DNA from: a virus
Lineage: Duplodnaviria; Caudoviricetes
IMG/VR virus record: IMGVR_UViG_3300043410_001533
Span: 1-54,800 of that record
DNA length: 54,800 bases
Reading direction: 5' to 3' (one strand)
Position numbers and translations under genes: made by a program
In this document: piece by piece, positions 19,118 through 27,333 of the stretch
How the letters are laid out: each line of letters starts with the position of its first letter
Position numbering within the stretch: the stretch's first letter is position 1
Notes under the pieces: model-generated
Databases searched by the model: none
Told to the model about the DNA's origin: nothing
What the model saw: the letters and a program-made list of their open reading frames with translations, nothing else

Positions 19118-19604
19118 TTGCGGTTTCCTTCAGTGCTTTGCGGATCATGTTGCCGAGGTTCATGCGTTGCATGCCGGGGTTCAGGTGGGCGAAACGGTCG
19201 CGGAGGCCAGCTTGGGAGATCCCGGTGGCCTTGGACGCTTGGGCGTACACGCCGTCGAGGGTCAGCTTGCGCAAGCCCACTGCCACGGCGTCGCCCTTGT
19301 CGATCGAACGCTTCTTCGTGCCGTCGGCCAACTGGGTGGTGTACGCGGTGTACTGGGGCAGGTAAAGGGGATCTACTTTGCCGTTTTTGCGCTCGTTGAT
19401 GTCCATCTTGGCGCGGGCGGAGGCCTTGGCCTTTTCGATCACGAGCTGGGCAGTCGTGGGAGCGGTGATTGCAGTGTGGCCGGAGAGTGCGCCGTTGCGG
19501 ACCTTAGAAGTCTCGCCATCGACGGAGATCGTGGTCCAGCCGCCGTTCACGGCGACGATTTCAACTTGCTGGCCTGTGGCGGTGATGATTGCTACGTTTG
19601 TCAT
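19110..19604 (-). CDS. Early protein: SH3-like N-terminus plus helical C-terminal domain
   Basis: VEIVAVNGGWTTISVDG; C-terminal SIDKGDAVA..LR...FAHLNPGMQRMNLGNMIR; ATAGAGGACA leader. Confidence 0.7.
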   Translation of the reverse strand: MTNVAIITATGQQVEIVAVNGGWTTISVDGETSKVRNGALSGHTAITAPTTAQLVIEKAKASARAKMDINERKNGKVDPLYLPQYTAYTTQLADGTKKRSIDKGDAVAVGLRKLTLDGVYAQASKATGISQAGLRDRFAHLNPGMQRMNLGNMIRKALKETANA

Positions 19605-19671
19605 GGTGTGTGTCCTCTATAAGATTATCGGGTTGTGGGTCTCTGTATCTTTTTATCGATCCAGAAACTGA

Positions 19672-19701
19672 ATTATAACACGGGTGCAATGGGTTTGTCA
19701 A
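19672..19701 (-). promoter_or_regulatory. Sigma70-type early promoter
   Basis: TTGACA-N18-TATAAT with GCACCCGTGT. Confidence 0.8.
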
Positions 19702-19735
19702 GTACCCCCCTCAAACGACCCTACTGCGAATAGGG

Positions 19736-20008
19736 TCATTCGGCCTTTCCCGAGGGATCGTAAATCGTGTCCACGTACTCTTGCACGCCCTCGGTCCACT
19801 CGGCACCGGGCCAATAGACCACGTAGCCTTTGCCCATCTGGTCCACAGTCGCGCCAGCCTTTGGCAGTCCGTCCATGTCGGAGCCGTGGTCCACGACACA
19901 GGCGACGCAGTCCTGCCCATACATGAAGCGGCCCGAGTAGGGGATGGGTTTTAGGTCCCGATTGGCGATCGCGTCGATCAGGTCCATGGTGGTGTTCAGA
20001 ATCATCAT
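19736..20008 (-). CDS. Hypothetical phage protein (90 aa)
   Basis: Start MMILNTT with AGGAG SD; YSGRFMYG..CV...DQMGKG.VVYWP motif. Confidence 0.65.
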   Translation of the reverse strand: MMILNTTMDLIDAIANRDLKPIPYSGRFMYGQDCVACVVDHGSDMDGLPKAGATVDQMGKGYVVYWPGAEWTEGVQEYVDTIYDPSGKAE

Positions 20009-20226
20009 ACGTAGGCTCCTTTTCTCTTCAGCATCATTTGGCGGTCGCGGATGGCGTCGATTTCGCACCACAGCTTCCGATCGTATTCGGCGTCGCTGTT
20101 CGGGCCGACGGCGAGCATCGCGTCGTAGCAGTCGCGCAGAGCGCGGTCGCACATGTGGGCGTCGTACTCAGCGAATTTGCGACGGAAAACCGCCGCGAGG
20201 TCAGTGTAGGAGATCGTACGGTTCAT
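20005..20226 (-). CDS. Hypothetical protein (73 aa)
   Basis: Start MNRTISY with GGAGG SD; TAATG coupling; KLWCEIDAIRDR. Confidence 0.6.
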   Translation of the reverse strand: MNRTISYTDLAAVFRRKFAEYDAHMCDRALRDCYDAMLAVGPNSDAEYDRKLWCEIDAIRDRQMMLKRKGAYV

Positions 20227-20480
20227 TATTTCACCTCCGCATTGCCGGACATTTCGCCGTCCATGATGTCGAACAGCACGGCCTTCGCACGATTGAGCAT
20301 TTGGCGGGCGGCCTCGGTCTGCCCCATGGCCATCAGCTCCTGCGCGTCGGACATCAGGCCCGCGACGACCATGTTGCCGCCGGTGTAGCGGTAGGTGATC
20401 GACTCGCGAATGGAGGCCTTGAACTTCTCGATGTCGCAACCGTACATTGACTGCTCGTTGCTGGTGATTGATGTCTGCAT
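20226..20480 (-). CDS. Hypothetical early protein
   Basis: 84 aa after a promoter and the ATAGAGGACA leader; GLMSDAQELMAMG..E.ARQ.LNRAK. Confidence 0.7.
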   Translation of the reverse strand: MQTSITSNEQSMYGCDIEKFKASIRESITYRYTGGNMVVAGLMSDAQELMAMGQTEAARQMLNRAKAVLFDIMDGEMSGNAEVK

Positions 20481-20514
20481 TGTGTTGTCCTCTATGTGTT
20501 GTTAAAAAGGTTAT

Positions 20515-20544
20515 ATTATAACACAGGTGCTACAATCCTGTCAA
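20515..20544 (-). promoter_or_regulatory. Sigma70-type early promoter
   Basis: TTGACA-N18-TATAAT with GCACCTGTGT. Confidence 0.8.
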
Positions 20545-21253
20545 GTATTCCATGAAGCGAGTCCACGCCACCATTGCAGAAATGGAGCTTCGGGGCCTTT
20601 CGGTATTTGTCCTGCACGGCGTGATTGATGAACTTCGTCATTAGGACCGTGTGCGCACGGGTGAGCTTGTCGTAGGTGACGGCTTGCTCCGGCGTGAAAA
20701 AGCTCAGGTCCAAGCGATCGTGGTATTTGTTCGCTACCGCGTGAGCTTGGGCGGGTAGTAGTCCGATTACCAGCACGCCGGGACGGGCGTAGCCAGTGGG
20801 GTGCGGAATCGGCTGGGGGTTGTGCTTCGGACGATTGACCACGATCTGCGGGGCGTTCTCCAGCATTTGCGTCGACATTTTATCTGCAACCCGGGCGGCC
20901 ACGGACTCGGCGACAACGTCCAGCAGTAGCTCGAGTATATCCGCGAGCCTCGTCTTGGGGGTCTCCTTGCGTTCGGGCGCGGGGGTCGGGGCTAGTATAG
21001 GGGCAGGGGCTTCGACGGCCTTCGGAGGCGTCTTCTTCGACTCCTGCTGAGCCTTTTGCCGGGCGACTTCGATACGGTCTTTGTAGTTGAACACGCGCTG
21101 GTCGGTGACCTTGATCCAGCGGCTGGCATTGAGCACAGTCTGTGCTTCGCGCAATGCCTCTTTGCGGGTAAGATTCGGGCGTTGGCGAAAGACTTGCTCC
21201 ATACGGGCGAAGATCGCGCCTTTTTCTATGTGTGACCAGACGATTCGAGCCAT
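20516..21253 (-). CDS. Hypothetical protein with C-terminal DUF2325-like alpha/beta domain
   Basis: Start MARIVWS after ATAGAGGA; C-terminal VLVIGL...VLMTKFINH...FCNGGVDSL. Confidence 0.65.
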   Translation of the reverse strand: MARIVWSHIEKGAIFARMEQVFRQRPNLTRKEALREAQTVLNASRWIKVTDQRVFNYKDRIEVARQKAQQESKKTPPKAVEAPAPILAPTPAPERKETPKTRLADILELLLDVVAESVAARVADKMSTQMLENAPQIVVNRPKHNPQPIPHPTGYARPGVLVIGLLPAQAHAVANKYHDRLDLSFFTPEQAVTYDKLTRAHTVLMTKFINHAVQDKYRKAPKLHFCNGGVDSLHGILDRIVAPVL

Positions 21254-21271
21254 GATTTCCTCTATGTGTTT

Positions 21272-21297
21272 AAAAAGCGGGGGCCGAAGCCCCCTTG
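21272..21297 (-). terminator. Rho-independent terminator
   Basis: GGGGGC-TTCG-GCCCCC followed by GCTTTTT on the minus strand. Confidence 0.75.
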
Positions 21298-21326
21298 AAA
21301 ATGGCAACTGCAGAAGCCATACCCCC

Positions 21327-21354
21327 ATTATACCAGCGCGAGAGCCTGTGTCAA
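21327..21354 (-). promoter_or_regulatory. Sigma70-type promoter overlapping the DUF932 gene stop
   Basis: TTGACA-N16-TATAAT with TG extension. Confidence 0.6.
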
Positions 21355-22308
21355 TGCATCGCGTTTCAGGCGGGCACCGGCACCGAACCAAGCGGACTGG
21401 AGACGGGTGTCGCGCGATGCGGCTTTGCGCTCGTGATCGGCGAAGCGGGTGACGGCGTTCAGCAGTCCCCACGCGGTGCCCTGTGCAGTCTTGGCTCGCT
21501 GGCCCACGCCGTCGAGGTAGATCTTAGTCACCAGCTCGATCATCGGACGCTTGGCTTCGACGTCGATCGACTCGGCCTCGTCGCCGTAGAACACGTCGAG
21601 GAAGTAGCGGGTCGCCTCTTCTTTCGACACTTTGCGCTTGGACAGCGTGGTCGCGTTCGTCTTGAACTGGCTCCAAGTGTCCGCACACAAGCCCAACTCG
21701 GCCTTGAACTTCTCGGCGTTGAATCGGGTGCTGTGTGGCACGCGGATTTGGCCGGTCTTGTTCGCTACGGCCAGCGACAGCGTATTGTTGCACACGACAC
21801 GGGTGGTCGTGAACTGCGCAGTGTTCGACATTGAGCCGTCGCAAGACGTCGCCAGCAGTAGGTAGGGCAGGACCACGTCACCGCCGCCCACGTCGAACGA
21901 ATCCTCGGCCTTGGCCAATGCCCAGTAGGTGGAGCCGTTGCGCAGGACGCCAGCAGTCTCCATCTTGAAGTCGCCGCCTTCGGTCAGGTCGCGAAAGAAC
22001 TCCATCACGGCGCGGGGTTGGGTGATAAAGTAATTGCTCGACATGACGGACAGGGGTTCGCCGGTATCGGAGCGGTACAGTGCCCAGCGTGCGGGTACGG
22101 TCTGCATACGGACCGGATTGTCCTCCTCGTCGCGCACCTCGTAGGCGATCGCGCCCTTTTTGACCTCCCAGTCGAGGCCCGCTTCGCGAGTCCAGACGTC
22201 GAGGGGGGCGTCGGGGGTGAGCTTCTGTCCGAGTCCGTGCCAAGGGGTCTCGCCCGCGTATGCCATTGATGCTTTGCCAGCCGCATTGAAGTTAAGTTCG
22301 TGTGCCAT
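21328..22308 (-). CDS. DUF932-family protein
   Basis: MAYAGETPWHGLG, AGLDWEV, YRSDTG.PLSV.S..Y...QP, METAG.LR.G..WALA, YLLLATSCDGS, RVVCNNTL, GTAWGLLNAVT. Confidence 0.88.
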   Translation of the reverse strand: MAHELNFNAAGKASMAYAGETPWHGLGQKLTPDAPLDVWTREAGLDWEVKKGAIAYEVRDEEDNPVRMQTVPARWALYRSDTGEPLSVMSSNYFITQPRAVMEFFRDLTEGGDFKMETAGVLRNGSTYWALAKAEDSFDVGGGDVVLPYLLLATSCDGSMSNTAQFTTTRVVCNNTLSLAVANKTGQIRVPHSTRFNAEKFKAELGLCADTWSQFKTNATTLSKRKVSKEEATRYFLDVFYGDEAESIDVEAKRPMIELVTKIYLDGVGQRAKTAQGTAWGLLNAVTRFADHERKAASRDTRLQSAWFGAGARLKRDALTQALALV

Positions 22309-22344
22309 GATGTCTAGTGTCCTCTATGTGTTGATGAAGAATGA

Positions 22345-22373
22345 ATTATACCACAGGTGCTACAATCTGTCAA
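22345..22373 (-). promoter_or_regulatory. Sigma70-type early promoter
   Basis: TTGACA-N17-TATAAT with GCACCTGTGG. Confidence 0.85.
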
Positions 22374-22380
22374 GTATCGT

Positions 22381-22563
22381 CTAATCACCGAGTACTTCCC
22401 AAGTGTCGCCTTTGTGACCACACTCGTCGCACTGGTAGCCGTACTTGGCCCAAAAGATCTCGTGTCGAGGGTCCGATTTGGACTCCAAGAGCTTGACGCC
22501 CATACCCGCGTTGCAGATCGGGCAGGTATCTAGGCCCTCGTCCTCGACTTCGTCGTCATGCAT
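22381..22563 (-). CDS. Small zinc-ribbon protein
   Basis: CPIC...YQCDECG; AGGAG SD. Confidence 0.65.
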   Translation of the reverse strand: MHDDEVEDEGLDTCPICNAGMGVKLLESKSDPRHEIFWAKYGYQCDECGHKGDTWEVLGD

Positions 22564-22774
22564 AGTGTACTCCTACGATTAACGCCGCAAGCAGTGCGAC
22601 ACTGAGGGTCCAAAGGACCGCATCCCAAAAGACCTCGGCCGCTGGGCGGTACGTTGGCTCGAGTAGCGAGAGCTGGAGCCTTTCCATGTCCGCGCTTGGC
22701 TCCCACGTCTGCCGGGGCTGGTACATGCACCCGATTTGAATGCCGGTCTTGGTGGTGTAAGGGGTGATCTTCAT
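22556..22774 (-). CDS. Small membrane protein (72 aa)
   Basis: Start MKITPYTTKTGIQIG (ATGA overlap); C-terminal TM helix. Confidence 0.65.
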   Translation of the reverse strand: MKITPYTTKTGIQIGCMYQPRQTWEPSADMERLQLSLLEPTYRPAAEVFWDAVLWTLSVALLAALIVGVHYA

Positions 22775-23067
22775 TTTACGATCTCCATTTGGCGGATGTT
22801 CATCACCTCGACTTCGCCGGTGTGCTCCTCGACCCACTCGGCCGACAGGTGTGCGCGGACGGCGTCCATGTCCAGCTGTGGGCGGGTCGTGAACTTGATC
22901 TCGATCTGGTGCTGGTCGCCACGGTAGATCGCGTTGCCGCCCTTGCGGAAGATCTCTTTCAGGTACTTCTCGCGGGCAGTCAGTGCCTTGAGCTGGTCAC
23001 GCACGCTGGCGAGTTCGTCCACCATGTCAGTGGTGATTGCGACGGGCTTAGTGGTAGTCTTTGCCAT
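22771..23067 (-). CDS. Hypothetical early protein (98 aa)
   Basis: Start MAKTTTK after ATAGAGGACA; VDELASVRDQLKAL coiled coil. Confidence 0.7.
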   Translation of the reverse strand: MAKTTTKPVAITTDMVDELASVRDQLKALTAREKYLKEIFRKGGNAIYRGDQHQIEIKFTTRPQLDMDAVRAHLSAEWVEEHTGEVEVMNIRQMEIVK

Positions 23068-23136
23068 GATTGTGTGTCCTCTATAATGTCTATCGGTTGA
23101 GTGGTTACTGGATCGTCTTACCAACCCAGAATCTGT

Positions 23137-23166
23137 ATTATAACACAGGTGGGGTAGCCTTGTCAA
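23137..23166 (-). promoter_or_regulatory. Sigma70-type early promoter
   Basis: TTGACA-N18-TATAAT with CCACCTGTGT. Confidence 0.8.
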
Positions 23167-23443
23167 TACCCCCCTTCGGTATTCGTGTCGCCACGATGGT
23201 CGCATACCCCGCGATGTCCACCCATGAGTCGAGGTGGTTGGGGTCGCCGTTCAAAATGCGGGAGGCCTTGCACGCGATCATGTCGAGCGATTCACGCTGG
23301 TGGTACTCCAGCCGTTCCCAGCCGGGGCACTCGCGAAAGAGATCCTTCAGGGTCTGTGCGATCTCGGCTTGAATCGTGTAGTCGCCGTACGACTCGCCAC
23401 GCTCCGCGACCACCCCGTCTATGTTAAGAGATGACTGCGGCAT
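23138..23443 (-). CDS. DUF6378-like protein
   Basis: ERGESYGDY...ESLDMIACKASRILNGDP..DSWVDIAGYA. Confidence 0.75.
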   Translation of the reverse strand: MPQSSLNIDGVVAERGESYGDYTIQAEIAQTLKDLFRECPGWERLEYHQRESLDMIACKASRILNGDPNHLDSWVDIAGYATIVATRIPKGGIDKATPPVL

Positions 23444-24692
23444 GAGCGAGTCCTCCTTTTTTATATCGGCTCTTGTACGAGCCGGGAGGAGCTTCTTTCA
23501 CCAGACGCTCCACGATGTCTTCGGGGTCGTAGCCTTTAAGCATTCCGCGAATCAGAGCTTCGGTCGTGGCCTGTCGTCCAAGCGTCGTGGGGCCGAATGC
23601 CCCTGCTAGGTCCTGTGGGTTCGCCATAACTTGAGGCTCGGCGAGATTCTTCAGCAAGACGTCCTCGTAGGGGCGCACTTGGCTGATTCGCAGTGGCGAC
23701 GCCGTACCGGTGCCGGGGCCGTAGGCTCCCGCCATTTGCGCTTCGCGCGTCATCAGTGTGCCGATCGTTTCGTCAGGTGTCATGTTCAGGAAATTCGGGG
23801 TGCGCAAATCCTGCGCCGCGTCCATCAGTTCGTCGGTCTTCTTATTCGTTACTAGATTCGGACCACCGAATAACTTCTTCAGGTAGTAGTCTTCCTTGTG
23901 GCTGGCTTGAACAGGCATCGAGAAAAGCTGGCCGGACATCCCGGGCGAGTACGCCACCTCTTCGACTGGGGCGATATATCCGAGGTTCCCGTGTCCGAGC
24001 GAATGGGACGCCACATTGCCGAGTCGCCGCACTTGGTTTACATCCGTCAAATGCGACGCGAAGTTACCATGCCCCTGTGCACGCATCATGTCGTACGCCA
24101 GTGCGTACAGCTCTTTGCCTTTCGCGGGCAGACTCTTCCACCACGCGGAATCGGGGTCCTTCAGACCGTACGTTCCGGGCTTGACGTCCATGGCGTAGAG
24201 TTCAGTCATCGTCGGGTGAGGCATATCCATACCGAACTGTGCCCGAGCCGCATTCCACTGGGGATCGCGCATCGCCGCTTCAGCCATGTAACGCTCCAGC
24301 TCGAAACCGAGCGGGGTCTTGTCTTTGTCAAGCCTTGAGGGTGACCACGTGATGTTCGGATGAATACCCCGTGCATGTGCCTCGTCTATGTCCTTAGGTG
24401 CTTTACTCTCGGGGTCGAGTCGGATTTTGCCGGTAGAGGGCATATAGCCACGCTGTACCGCGCCTTCGTTCGTCGAGGACATCGTCGCACGAATCGGCTC
24501 GCCACTGGCGGTCTTGCCAAACATCCCGGCCTTGTTGTACTGCTCGAGCACTTCAGCGGGGAGCATGCCCGCCTGTGCTTGACGCATACCCAGCGGGACG
24601 CGCTGTGCGCCGGGGAGAGTGGCAATGGCGCGGTGGCCCCTGCCTACTCCCTCCATTAGGTCAGCGAACGATAGGTTCTTTACTGGTGGCAT
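23424..24692 (-). CDS. Paralog B: putative GNAT-like protein with C-terminal YKKGG tag
   Basis: Collinear similarity to 24997..26244 (PGAQ, SGEP.RA, ESK.PK, LY.L.YDM.RA, LT.VN..RRL.NV.SH..GHG, REAQ.AGAYGP, AFGP.TLGR); GNAT call is inference. Confidence 0.6.
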   Translation of the reverse strand: MPPVKNLSFADLMEGVGRGHRAIATLPGAQRVPLGMRQAQAGMLPAEVLEQYNKAGMFGKTASGEPIRATMSSTNEGAVQRGYMPSTGKIRLDPESKAPKDIDEAHARGIHPNITWSPSRLDKDKTPLGFELERYMAEAAMRDPQWNAARAQFGMDMPHPTMTELYAMDVKPGTYGLKDPDSAWWKSLPAKGKELYALAYDMMRAQGHGNFASHLTDVNQVRRLGNVASHSLGHGNLGYIAPVEEVAYSPGMSGQLFSMPVQASHKEDYYLKKLFGGPNLVTNKKTDELMDAAQDLRTPNFLNMTPDETIGTLMTREAQMAGAYGPGTGTASPLRISQVRPYEDVLLKNLAEPQVMANPQDLAGAFGPTTLGRQATTEALIRGMLKGYDPEDIVERLVKEAPPGSYKSRYKKGGLAHAAVIS

Positions 24693-24934
24693 TCTATCCC
24701 CTCAAGGTGATCATATGCGTCGCGGAATTCGTCGACTACGTAGTCGTAAGAATCGGAGGCGTTCTCACGCACCATCTCTTCCCACTCTAAGTTGTGGTCG
24801 CAGTATTCCGACTGGTCTTCGCACATTTCGGCCCGACGCAGTCCGGCGTAGGTCGCATCGTCAATACCCAATGCGGCAAGCGCGGCGCGAGCGCGGGTGA
24901 GCAATTCGCGAGATTCGGGTTTCATCGTAATCAT
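24680..24934 (-). CDS. Hypothetical acidic protein
   Basis: 84 aa after a promoter and the ATAGAGGAC leader. Confidence 0.65.
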   Translation of the reverse strand: MITMKPESRELLTRARAALAALGIDDATYAGLRRAEMCEDQSEYCDHNLEWEEMVRENASDSYDYVVDEFRDAYDHLEGIECHQ

Positions 24935-24978
24935 GGTAGTAGTCCTCTATAGTCTATGTGTGGTGGAAGGGAAGTCAT

Positions 24979-25007
24979 ATTATAACACACGTGGGACTAG
25001 GCGTCAA
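24979..25007 (-). promoter_or_regulatory. Sigma70-type promoter
   Basis: TTGACG-N17-TATAAT with CCACGTGTGT. Confidence 0.75.
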
Positions 25008-26244
25008 GTGCGGTGGCCAGCCCGCCTTTTGCGTATCGACCCTTAATCGCTTCCAGCGGCACACCCTTGAACAGTTCATACGAGATCTCTTCGGGTGTCT
25101 GCCCACGGAGCATTCGCGCCACGGTCTCCTCAGTGGTGAGTGCTCGTCCAAGAGTGTTGGGTCCAAATGCGCGTAAAATGCTGTCTCTACCCTGCTCACT
25201 GGCTTTTTTCACCGTCGGCACAGACAAAGCCCGGAGGTCTTTCATGTCGAAAGGCCCAAGTCCTTGAGTCGGTGGTCCATAAGCCCCCGCAAGTTGTGCC
25301 TCGCGCAAAAGCATATAGCCCGCCATCTCGTCATCGGTGAGACCAGCAAATGCCCGAGGTCCCATTCCTTGGAGCTTCGTGCCGAACTTCGAAGGCAACA
25401 AATCGCGAAGGTAACTGTCTTCAAGATTTATGTCATCGACCGGCGACTTAAAAGATTGAGAGGACCACGGGGTCAATCCCCGGACTTTTTCTTCGTTCAA
25501 CGGCGAAATCGTGCCGAAGTCACCATGGCCGAAATAATGTGACAACACATTCCGAAGTCGGCGCGGGTGATTCACTTCAGTCAGTGTTCCTGCGGTTACG
25601 CCAAATTCACCACGAGGTGCACGCGACATATCGTACCCAAGCTGGTAGAGGTTAGTACCGGGGGATTTAAATCCTTTCCACCCGGGGCCACTGCCGCCTG
25701 CATCCATCGCGTTAATTTGGAACATTTGAGCGGATTTGGAACCAATACCGGTCTCACGCCCAGCCCGCACGTCGGCCTTATACTTTTCGAAGTTACGAGC
25801 ATCAATCGGACCGAGCATATTTTCAATCCGATTGAATAATGGGCCGGTCCGGTTGTAATCGTACGTGTCGTAGTCGTAGTCTTTCTTAAAGCGCATGGTC
25901 GGATTGCCATCGCCTTCCCGGTATGCTTTGGGCGTCTTGCTTTCCCCATGTAGAACTATATCGAATTTATCATTCGTATTTTCTTGGATCGGCACATTCT
26001 TACTTACCGGGCCGTCAACGTGGGGACTCATGACTGATGCCCGCACAGGTTCGCCGCTCGGCAATGTGCCAAATATCCCCTTGTCGCTCGCGATCTTGGC
26101 CATTTCGCCGTGCGTCTTGCCGCGCAAAAGATCTCGAATTTCGAACGCTTGAGCACCGGGTTTGGCCGCCGCCGCTTTGTGGACGTCGGCCAGCCCCGTA
26201 AGCAGGTCTTTAAACGTCAGTCCCTTCGGTATGGGCGGAGCCAT
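24997..26244 (-). CDS. Paralog A: putative GNAT-like protein with C-terminal YAKGG tag
   Basis: Start MAPPIPK (GAGG SD) lies inside the end of the HDAC gene; aligns with paralog B from its N-terminus; GNAT call is inference. Confidence 0.6.
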   Translation of the reverse strand: MAPPIPKGLTFKDLLTGLADVHKAAAAKPGAQAFEIRDLLRGKTHGEMAKIASDKGIFGTLPSGEPVRASVMSPHVDGPVSKNVPIQENTNDKFDIVLHGESKTPKAYREGDGNPTMRFKKDYDYDTYDYNRTGPLFNRIENMLGPIDARNFEKYKADVRAGRETGIGSKSAQMFQINAMDAGGSGPGWKGFKSPGTNLYQLGYDMSRAPRGEFGVTAGTLTEVNHPRRLRNVLSHYFGHGDFGTISPLNEEKVRGLTPWSSQSFKSPVDDINLEDSYLRDLLPSKFGTKLQGMGPRAFAGLTDDEMAGYMLLREAQLAGAYGPPTQGLGPFDMKDLRALSVPTVKKASEQGRDSILRAFGPNTLGRALTTEETVARMLRGQTPEEISYELFKGVPLEAIKGRYAKGGLATALDA

Positions 26245-27079
26245 GGTATACCTCGTCGCTGATCGCCAGCGTTTGCAGGTGGATGTCGATCGTGTCTTGC
26301 ATATTCTTCGCGTATCCACCGGCTAGATTCCACACCAATGGGACCCCGGCTTCGCGTGCGGCAGTGAAGATACCACGATCGCGGGCCGCGAGACCCTCCT
26401 TGGACAGGTACCCGACGCCGTAGGGGTCTTGGTCCCAAGCGTCAGCACCGGCCTGATACAGTATTATACCAGCTTTAGAGTGTCGAATCAATCCCTTGGC
26501 GAACGACTGCCACATCGCGGCATTCCAGTCGGACTGGATCGGGCGTCCTATGTCGGGGCGGGTGACGTGCGTAACGCGACCCCGAATCATCAGGTGGTCC
26601 AGTATATCCTCGGTCCCGTCGCCGTGGTGACCATCTCCGTCTATAATCAGCACATTCTTCGCGCCGTTGCGCAGTGCCTTCATCGCGGTGATCATCAGCC
26701 CGTTGAACGTGCAGTACCCGTACCCATCCTCGAAGTGGGCGTGGTGGAAGCCCTGAGTCGCGGAGCACGCCACGGCACCACGCACGCCACCTTGCTGGAG
26801 CACGTGCTTAGCCGCCGCCCAGTGGCCAGCGTTCGAGTAGAGGAGCGAGTTCGTGATCTCCGGATCGATCGTGTTGAACCCGTTGGGGGCGACATTCTTC
26901 AGGATGCCACGGACATACTCGCGGTGGTGCGCCTCCTCGAAGTCTACCGCCGTGTATGGCTCGAAGTTCGAGCGCACGTCGCCCTCCAACTGGTGGATGA
27001 ACTCGGGAATCTTCCTAACGGAGATAAAGTCGTAGGAGACCTCTTGGGCCGGGTGGTAGAATACGGGGGTGTTAGTCAT
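26210..27079 (-). CDS. Histone-deacetylase-family (Zn-dependent amidohydrolase) protein
   Basis: GFHHA catalytic His pair, GYCTFN, VLIIDGDGHHGDGT Zn ligands, YQAGADAWDQDP, LAGGY with catalytic Tyr. Confidence 0.9.
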   Translation of the reverse strand: MTNTPVFYHPAQEVSYDFISVRKIPEFIHQLEGDVRSNFEPYTAVDFEEAHHREYVRGILKNVAPNGFNTIDPEITNSLLYSNAGHWAAAKHVLQQGGVRGAVACSATQGFHHAHFEDGYGYCTFNGLMITAMKALRNGAKNVLIIDGDGHHGDGTEDILDHLMIRGRVTHVTRPDIGRPIQSDWNAAMWQSFAKGLIRHSKAGIILYQAGADAWDQDPYGVGYLSKEGLAARDRGIFTAAREAGVPLVWNLAGGYAKNMQDTIDIHLQTLAISDEVYHGSAHTEGTDV

Positions 27080-27090
27080 GGTAATGTCCT

Positions 27091-27333
27091 CTATAGTTTA
27101 TTGGTAGGGGACGAATTATACCACACCTGCGATAGATTGTCAACCCCCTTCTTTTTCTTGTCCTTCGGCGGCTCGGGCAGTTCAGCACGCTCGATGTCGC
27201 GCTCGTCGGCCTTTTCGCGAGTCGTGAAGCGAAATTCGCAGTGATTGCAAATCCGGCGACGGCGGGTGATGCCGTTAGCGTTTTGGTAGGTCGTCGTGAC
27301 CCGGGTGTCTTCCCCACACTTGATGCAGTTCAT
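27091..27333 (-). CDS. NrdR-N-terminal-like zinc ribbon protein
   Basis: MNCIKCG..TRV..T......RRRRIC.HC..RFTTRE; ATGA overlap with the datZ stop. Confidence 0.7.
   Translation of the reverse strand: MNCIKCGEDTRVTTTYQNANGITRRRRICNHCEFRFTTREKADERDIERAELPEPPKDKKKKGVDNLSQVWYNSSPTNKL
27115..27143 (-). promoter_or_regulatory. Sigma70-type promoter for the HDAC-paralog A unit
   Basis: TTGACA-N17-TATAAT, then the ATAGAGGACA leader at 27085-27094. Confidence 0.8.
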
